DNA of 64,000 nt from an uncultured bacterium. Lineage in GTDB: Bacteria; Omnitrophota; Omnitrophia; Omnitrophales; Aquincolibacteriaceae. Shown here piece by piece: positions 22,301 to 31,300 of the stretch. The translations under genes were made by a program, and so were the position numbers. The notes beneath the pieces were generated by a model. That model made no database searches and had not been told where the DNA came from. It worked only from the letters and a program-made list of their open reading frames with translations. Within the stretch, counting starts at the first letter, position 1, and each line of letters begins with the position of its first letter. Location of the stretch: the NCBI GenBank assembly GCA_964562525.1, contig CAZLTL010000009.1, positions 11,352 to 75,351 on the forward strand, written 5' to 3'.

Positions 22301-25300
22301 AGCCGCCGGCTATTTTCGCGCGGGAATGGATGCGGAGCTTTCAAACGCAGAGATTGCGCGAGGCATACGCTTTGAATTAAAAATAGCGCGTGATGAATTT
22401 CAGCGGGTTGATTATGACCGCGACGCGGGCGTTCTTTTGAATGCGCTAAATCGTCTTGCGCTTGATTCAGAAGAACCGTCACCGGCATTAATTCACTTTG
22501 TTGAATATTTTATTTTGGCGCGTCTCAGGGCTCAGCCGCGCAAAGCTTGGGCTGATGCACCGCTTCCTCAAGGCGGATATGTGCTTGGGAAAAATCCTAC
22601 TTCCGCCGAGCTGAAAAATTATCTGCTTCCGCTCAAGAAAAACGCCGTTGTTTTTCTGCTTCCCGGTGAAAGCAAAATCGCGTTTAAATTGAAACCGCTT
22701 TATCGCGATTTACGCAAAAATAAAAATAACATCCGCTTTGTTGAGCTTAAACCGCAAGACTATGCTTCGCGCGAAGCGCTCATCGATAAAATCCGCCAAA
22801 CTGATTCGGAAAAAGCAGATATTTTAATTACACCTTTTGCCGGCTTGATGCCCGAAAAAAACAATCCGTATCCTGCTGAACTTCAACGTTATTTCGAAGA
22901 TGCCAAAGATTTGTATGAAGTTGAAATCGGAAAGCGGGTGGATCAAATTTTTTATGAAACCGATCTTGTCCCAACACTCGCCAATTATTTTGTCGCAGCA
23001 GATGAAAAGACGGCTCGAATTTCTTCGCAGTCATTATTTGAAGGTCATAAAACACAAGAATTTCGCACCCCTTATTCCGTTATTACAGTGCTTATGGCTT
23101 TTGTTGCGGGCACTTTGGGCATGAAGAAGGGCATCTTAAAATTCTCAGAAAAGCCTACGCTTGCGGATGCGTTTTACCGCACAGGCATTTACGGAGATGA
23201 GCGTCCTCAGCAGCCGAATGAGCCCTCCAAGCTGCGGCGTATTTTCTTGGTTTCGCCGCATCCCGACGACGATGTCATTGCCGCAAAAGCAGTGCTTGCT
23301 GAGGCGATGAAATTAGCCCAAGAAGGCGAAGTCGTTGCGGAAGTGATTGTGATGCAGCCCGGCGAAAACGGGGTGGTAGATTTAAATGAAACACAAATGA
23401 AAGAGGCGCTGCGGCTAGCGCTAGGATATGACGCGGGAGATTTGAATGCAGCGCGCGTTACCGAACTTAAAAAAGCATGGGGAAAAACTCTCATTGAAAT
23501 CCGCACCCTGCACGAAAATGTTTTAGCGGAATATAAAGAGCGTTATCCCGCGGCGGCTGAAAAATTTAAGGCAAAACTAGAGACTTTCAAAGGCGTTGAT
23601 TTTGATGCCTTGTTTGATGCTGCGGCAAACCAAGCATGGAGCTATGAAGAACTGGCGAAGTCGGGAATCCAGAAGAAAGAAATAAATCAAGCAACCCAGG
23701 CCTTGTTGAAAGAAACAGCGAAGTATTTTATTCGCCGTATTGAAAATCAGCGCGCAATCGACTTTTTTAATGAGGCTTACCCGGGAAAAATTCGCGCCCA
23801 ATTTTTTCCCGAGTTTTTAGGCTACCCTTCATCGGGTCCGCAAGACTTGCGTTTCATTCATGAGCTTGAAGAACATGCCGCAGTCGTGCTGCAGCATTTA
23901 TTGATGAAATTTGAGCGCTCAGTAAAAGACGCGCCGAAGGAGGCGGTCATTAGTATTGTGGCGCCGCATCGTGTGGATAGTCATCCCCATCATGTCGGCT
24001 CTTGGAAAGTGATTAATGAAGCGATGAAGCTTTGGTCGACACAGGCATCGCGTCAGTCAAGCCGTGACGTGGAAGTGCTTTATTATTTCGCCCCATGGTC
24101 GGGCAATTTACCTGCATACCATCTCTCGCCGCAAACAAAGAAGTCAACCAATGCGGATTTATTGCGCGCCTTAATCGCCGGCGAACTTACTGCTTCGCGC
24201 TTTGGTTTGCCGTCACCCAAAGAATTACAAACCATGCAGGCCCAACGTTATCTTGTTCGCCCCTCCATTTTGAATGCTCGTTCAGAAGTCCGGAGTAACA
24301 GGCAGGAGAAAAGCACGAAATTTTTTCTTGCCGCGGCGGAAGCCCTTAAAAAAGGGGATCGTCGGCGATTTGAGTCTGAGAAAAGCAAATTGGAAAAATT
24401 GGGCATGCGTGTTTTGGCGGTGGGCAATTCTGAATTTTTTCCTGAAAATTGGAAAACAAAAAGACCGCGCGTTTATACCCGCGCGGAACGCGAAGAAGTT
24501 TTGCGCCTTGTGACCGCTAAAGTTAAAAAAACGATGACGCCCCAAGAAAAACGGCAATTGCGCGTGACGGTTGAAAGCCAAATTCTTGCGATCGGTGAAG
24601 ATGAAGTGGGTTTAATCGGGGTGCAAAATTATGCTGAAGGGGAATCTTCAAAATTTAATGACCCTCATTTACAAGTTGTTAGCGCTTCGGATTCATCTCG
24701 CTTGGAATCCATGACGCGCCAACTTGCGAGCGGTTTTATGAATATGACGCAATACGGCGGAGCCGCAAACATAGAATATCAAGTTCAGTACTTATGGTGG
24801 GGCGGGACAGAGGCTTTTACCGCGACAAGCGAACAATTGCATGGCGGATCCTACAGTGAGGTTCACCGTTTTTTTAATCCCGATGGAAGTTCGCATGTCG
24901 TTAAAACCGCCGATCCTCGCAAAGACGGCGGCAAGCTTTTGAATGAAGCTAAAATGATACAGTCTTTGCCCGAAGATGCCGCTGCTTTTTTCCCCAAAAT
25001 CTTGAAAGTGATTGATCAGCCTGGAAAAACGGAAGTTTGGATGGAGGATCTTCAGGGAGCAAGCCTTACGGGACTCATTAACAGCGCGCCGGGAATGGTG
25101 CATATGTCGCGGAAAGAAGATTTGTTAAGCTTTTCACCTTTTGTGGTCGCGCGGCAAATCTATAGTTTGTTGTTGGGTATTTTTTATATGCGCAAGAAAA
25201 GTGATACACCCGATGACTTTGCGGAGAAATACCATTTCTCAAAGCTTGAAAAGCGCTGGCAGGAAGCCGAAGCCGTTTCCCCCGCGTTTAAAAAATGGAT

Positions 25301-28300
25301 AAACGCGCCTTATGTGAAAGTTTACGATCATCGAGGACAAGAGCATCTTCTGCCTAATTTTAAAATGATGCTTCGCATCTTCAGAGCTTTAGCGAAGGCC
25401 TATCCGGATTATTTCAAGCCCCCGTATTTATCTTACGAACACGGCGACTTGCATTTTGGCAATATCATGGCTGATATTTTTGATGTCATTTCTGACAAAG
25501 CCTTGCTTCGATTTAAACTCATTGACCCCAAGTGGATGCCGGAGGGGAATGACCCGCTTTATGATTTTGCGAAATTACTGCATAACTTATTCGGACATTA
25601 TGACTTGGCTTTGGATCACTCCGACACCTACCATTTCAATATGCAAGATCCGGGCACATCCGCGGATCCGTTGGAGATGAGCGATTATGTGGATGATGAA
25701 GCAGTTGGCACGCTGGAAATGCTTGAACGCACGCGGCAGTTTCAAATTGAAACATGGGATTTTTTGCGCACTCATCGCGGCGCAGCTTTTCCTTTCGAGA
25801 AGGATCCGGTGGCTTGGCGCGTTCGATTACTTTTCACGGAAGCATCATTGATCGCGGGACTTTTCCCTTTTCACATTAAGTCCTTGGAGAAAACCAGCAT
25901 TCTCTATGAGCGCGCATTGACGCTTTTCAATAACACGATCGGATTGTTTGCCAGCCTTCAGGACAGCTCTTTGATTCCGAGTAAAGATAAAAAACTGCGC
26001 AAAGCTTTGAGGAAATTAATTTCAGCCCAGCAAGCGGTAAATGAACCTGCCTTTGTGAAAGCCTTGAGTCAAGTTGATAGCCTTGTTTCCGCCCGCTCGG
26101 AATCAAGAGAGCGTTATCAGCAAACACCGGAGCAGGTTTCGAAAATGGTTTATCCGTTTCAATCCATTGCGCATATTAGCTATGAAATGGCGCCGTTTTT
26201 TAAACGAGGTGGGCTTGCGGATGTGGCGGGGGACTTACCGCCTGAGATGATCAATTTGCGACCCGGTATGGATGTTGCCATGGTGATGCCTTATCACAAA
26301 GACTTGAAGTTAGAAGGCAGTGAGTCTCCGCGTAGTATCGGCAAGTTGGAGTTTGAAGAAAAGGAAACGCGCGAAAAATATGAATTTGAAATTTTTTATT
26401 TGAAGCATCGCGGCGTGAATGTTTTCTTTCTTGCGCATCCCGATTTTTTTCAACTGGGCTATAACAATCCGGATGCGGACCGTGAGCGAATCTTTTTTGC
26501 TAAGGCAGCGACCGAGTTTATGGTTCAGCGCAATTTGAAATTTGATGTAATTCACGCGCACGACCAAGCGGCCGCGCTCGTGCCCGCCTTTGTGCGCTAT
26601 ACACGCGATGATTTTTTTAAAAACTCAGCTGTCATTTACACCGCGCACCATTTTTCACCCGCTTATCAAGGGCGCATGGATTTGTCTAAAAAAGGAATGT
26701 TGACTTCTCTGGGAATGCCCGATGAGCTTTTCAAATTGGGTGGGCAAATGGAGTTAAACGGTCATCTCAATCCTGTCAAAAGCGCGATTGAAGTTAGCGA
26801 TTTTGTCACCACCGTAAGCCAGGCCTTTGCCGTAGACGCTGTTTTTAGCGGTTTAAGCGATGGACTGCAAGGCTCTTTGCACAAGCGGTTTAATGAAAAA
26901 ACATTGGTGGGTATTAATAATGGCATGAACCTGGATCTGTGGCGCCCGGATGTGGCGCCCGGAGTTGAAATTCCATTTAGGCCGGATGATTTAACCGATG
27001 GTAAAGCTGCCAACAAAGCGGTGCTTCAGCAGGCTTTGGGGTTAGCGGTTAGCCCTGCAGCAATGCTTGCGACCATGTTTGCCCGCTTCGATGGTGTGAA
27101 AGGTTTTGATATTGTGGCGCAGGCTGCGGCTCCGCTTTTGTATCAGTTCAAAGATTTGCAGTTTGTTTTTGGCGGAGGCGGTGACCCGGCGATTACGGAT
27201 CAATTGCTGGGAATTCAAGCCGACCCGCTTTTTAAGGGACGCATGGTGGTGATACCGCAATTTGTGAGCGAAAGCGTGATTCAACGTGTGCTCGCTGCGG
27301 CGGATATCGGCTTTGCGCCTTCACGCGTTGAACCGCACGGACTCTTTCAGCTACAAGCGAAACGTCTTGGTGCGACCCCCATTACTTCCAACGTTCATGG
27401 TCTGGGTGAAACCGTTTACGATCGCCGGCATGGCGATCTTTTACAAACCGGAATTAAGTTTGGTCTTGGTCAACCCGCGTTAGAGCTTGGAGTCGGCTTG
27501 GCGCGTTTTGCAACTATGCGGGAAGTTGCGCCTGAGTTTGTACGAAATATGCGCGACGATGCCATGGGCTCCGTCCGCTCATGGCAGCAAATTGCTCCCG
27601 AATATTTTGATCTTTATACTCAAGCTGTTCAAAACCGGAGACAATTTATTCAAAATCGATCCGAAGCCCGCACGGTTGACCCGGTTAAAGAGCCTGTTTT
27701 TGATCAGCAAGGCTGGAGTCAGCGCGAACGCGAAGAAAGTCCCGTCGCTGTTCCGTCCCCGCAAACATTTAAAGGGAAATATTTTGTTGTTTTAGATGAC
27801 AAAACTTACTTGCTTGAAAGCTATGAGCAAATACTTAAAAGCCACGGCGCTGAGAATGTTTTGATGGGCGCTTCATCCGAAGATGGATTGCGGCTTGTGG
27901 CTGAATTAAAAGCCAAAGGTGTTGCGGATGAAGATATTGTTGTGATTACGGACTATCAATTCAAGGGTGAGGACACGGCTCTCAATCTGATTAACTTTTT
28001 GCGCGCGCCTAAAGACCAAGCTGTTTTTAAAGGCCCTATTTTAATTGTGTCGGGCAGTATCGTGAGCCGTCACGAAATACCCGGTATTCAAGAAGGCAAG
28101 TTAAGCGAAGAAATGCATAAAAAATATGGTTTGGCTTATCTTGAAAAAAACGGCGGTTATTATTTCCGTGAACAGCTTTTAGCGGCTTTAGGCGAAGTGA
28201 TCAAAAACCACGTTGATGCGGATGCCTTTGCTCGTGAGCCCCTTGCAGTAAAAACGGCAGAAGAAATGCAGATCCCTCAGGCTCAAGTTCATTTGCAGGG

Positions 28301-31300
28301 CGCAATTAACGATTGGGAAGCCGCGGCTGGTCGCGCTGTTATTCAAAGCTTAGAAGCTCTTTTGGCTGCCGCTCCTGAACTTTCCGAAGAGCAGGTAGCT
28401 TTCATCGGAAAGCGTTTAAATCAAATCCTCAAACGCATTGAGTTCGGGGCAATTGACCGGCGCATGAAATTCGAACGCCGGGTTCACGATTATAAAAGTG
28501 CTTTGCATCAAGTGCTTACGGTTGAAATGCGCGAAGCGCTTGATGCTGCGGAAGCGTTAAGCGGCGTCAAAACGGAAGCGCTCAAAGCGGAGCTTTCACG
28601 GCTTGAATCCTTTTTAAAATCAGCTTTTCATAACGCGTATTTCTTGCAGCAGCTTTTTGATGTGTTGCGTCGCTTAGACAAAATTCAAAAGATGGAGCCG
28701 CTTTTACAACAAGCAGTGATCCGTTTTCAGCAGCAGCATGAAGGTAAAGCATCCGAAGCTTGGGATCCTGCGTCAGGCATTGCTCAGGGTTTTGCGGAAT
28801 TGCAAAACTTTGAAGCCGAAATCGCGCGCAAAGAAATCGAAAAAGCGCTGATTGCGTGGGGGCGTTTGCGCAATGATTACAAAGCCGTTGAAGAAACTTT
28901 AAAACCCCTAATCGGGGAACAGTTGGGGACTCGCTCGTCTGCCTTTTTAGAAGCAATGAGCGCAACGATTAACGAATTGTTTCAAGCTTATGTCAGCCAA
29001 TATGGCGTTGCGGGGCTGAAAGCCGCGGAGCCGGGCCGTGCGGCAGGGCGAATCAAAATTTTAAAAGGTACCGAAGACCAAATACGCGCCGAGCTTGAAC
29101 AATTAGACGCAAATCAGATTGTTGTGATTGATCAAGACTATTCATCGCTTTCGGCGGCCGGCGATCAGCAATCCGGCATTGTTTTTTCGCGCGAAGGCGC
29201 CGGTCATCTCGCAACACGCGCTCGTGCTTTAGGTGTTCCGCTCGTTTATTTACCCGATGCGGTTGAATTGTTGCCGGAAGGAATGCCTGTTGTTTTAACG
29301 AGCGAAAACGGAAAAGGTATTTTGCGCCCTGCCGCGCAAAAAGAAATGGCCGATGCCAAAATTTTGAAAAAATCGCGCGTTCAAGTGAAGCCCGTGCCGG
29401 TGAACTGGGATGTTGAACCGCAAATGCACATGTATTACGCGATGAATATAGATTGGAAATCGAAGGCATCGCTTGATGAGCTTTCTTCAATTATGGGACC
29501 TAAAGCCGCGCGGCTTTTTATGATGAACCGTGATCACGAGCAAACTTACGCCAGCGTGCCAACTAGTTTATTTCTCAACTTTCCATTTTTCAAACTGGTT
29601 CTAGAGGCGAACCCCGAGGCGGCCGAAAAAATTCGCCTATTAGAAGCGGAAATTCAGGGCTTAATGGTACAAGTTGATAAAGCTGTTCCGCTTGATTTGG
29701 TGCGGCAAAAGTTAATGCAAATTCAAAATATTGTGGGAGAGTTAAGAATTCCGGAAAATTTACAGCGTGAAATTCGTGAATTTCGTAACCAACGCGAGTA
29801 CCGCCCATTGGAAGAATACGAGATTCGGAGCGGGTATAAGCCTTGGATTCCTCGTTTAATTGCGCGGTTATCCACGAATACGGAAGATTTGGAAAATAAT
29901 CCGGGTGTGGGAGCGGGGGTTTACGGTTCAAATGAAATTGGCTCTGATTTAAATACAGTTTCGCAAGAAGACTATCTCAAAATTGTGATGCGAACGTTCT
30001 CTAGCTTTTGGTCCTGGGAAGCCTTTGCCGACCGCCGCTTTTACGGTATTTCGGAAGAAGAAGCTTTTCCTGCTCTGGTTATCCAAGAAATGGCGGGGCG
30101 CGATGATGGCTATTCCGTTTTAATTCATACGGCAGAGCCTGCTTCCCGTGATCCGAATATTATGATGATTGAATTAATTCCGGGATCAGGCCGCGCTTTA
30201 ACAAGCCCCGAACCTAAATTGCAGGGTGAACCGTTTCGTTTTTATTTTGATAAAACATCAGCTGAAGTTGTCAGTGAAGGTGATGAGCGCGTACATTTGC
30301 GCCCTGTGATGGCGACCAAAAAGTATACGGTTTCGCTTAAAGATGGTTCGCTTGAGCCGCTTGATTACCGGCAATATCCGGATTTGATCGATAGCGGACG
30401 TGTTAAAGAATTGGTAAGTATGATTGCATCAAAAGCATCAAAAATTGAGACTTACTTTGGCCGGCCGATGGATATCGAGTGCATGATTGAACGGATGTAT
30501 GAGTTTGTGCAAGGCCACCCTGATTATGATCCAAATAAAAAAGTAAATGTTGCGGTGTTTGTTCAGGCTCGTCCGCAGGGTGGTTTTGAGGTTTATAAAA
30601 GCAGCCGTCAATTTGATGTTGAAAGAAAAAAACGGGTTGAATTTATAAGGCAATGGATTGCCCGTTACGGCGAAGCAAATTTACGTGATCTTAGTTTTTA
30701 TCTCGGCCCCGATCACGAAAAAGCCTATGGCCTTGGAATTGATTATAGCCCTGATGAATCGCGCGGCATGGCTGAGACTTTTGGCGAGCTTATTTCGAAC
30801 AATTCGCCTTACCAAATTATGCCGGCAGTCATTAAAATTTTAATGACGGAAAAAGAGTTTGAGCCGGTGCGTGAGGGAATTTTGCGGCGGTTTTTCTTTT
30901 ACGCCAAATGGCAGCATGCGTCTTTAACGGCCTTGCTCGAAAATCTTTATGAAAAGGATAAAGATTTGTTCTATCAAATTTTGCCTTACATGATTCCGTC
31001 TTTTGGCAAGCATCCGGATCCCAATTTGCCCGAGGCAGAATGGTTTGATGCCGCCAATGAATCCCTTTTTGCGCGTTTTCTAGTTTATTCGCATCTAGCT
31101 TACGACATGACGGAGTTTGTTAAGCCGCTTCCAACGGATCAGTTGGCAGCTCTCATTAACTTAATCAACAATTCCGGTTTTTTAATGTCGGGAAGACATG
31201 AAACCGAAGAGCAGCTTGCTGAAGCCTTTGCCGCGCGGGCAGATAAAGAACAATGGATGGATTACATCGAAGAGCGTTTTAAAGATAAGCACCCCTCATT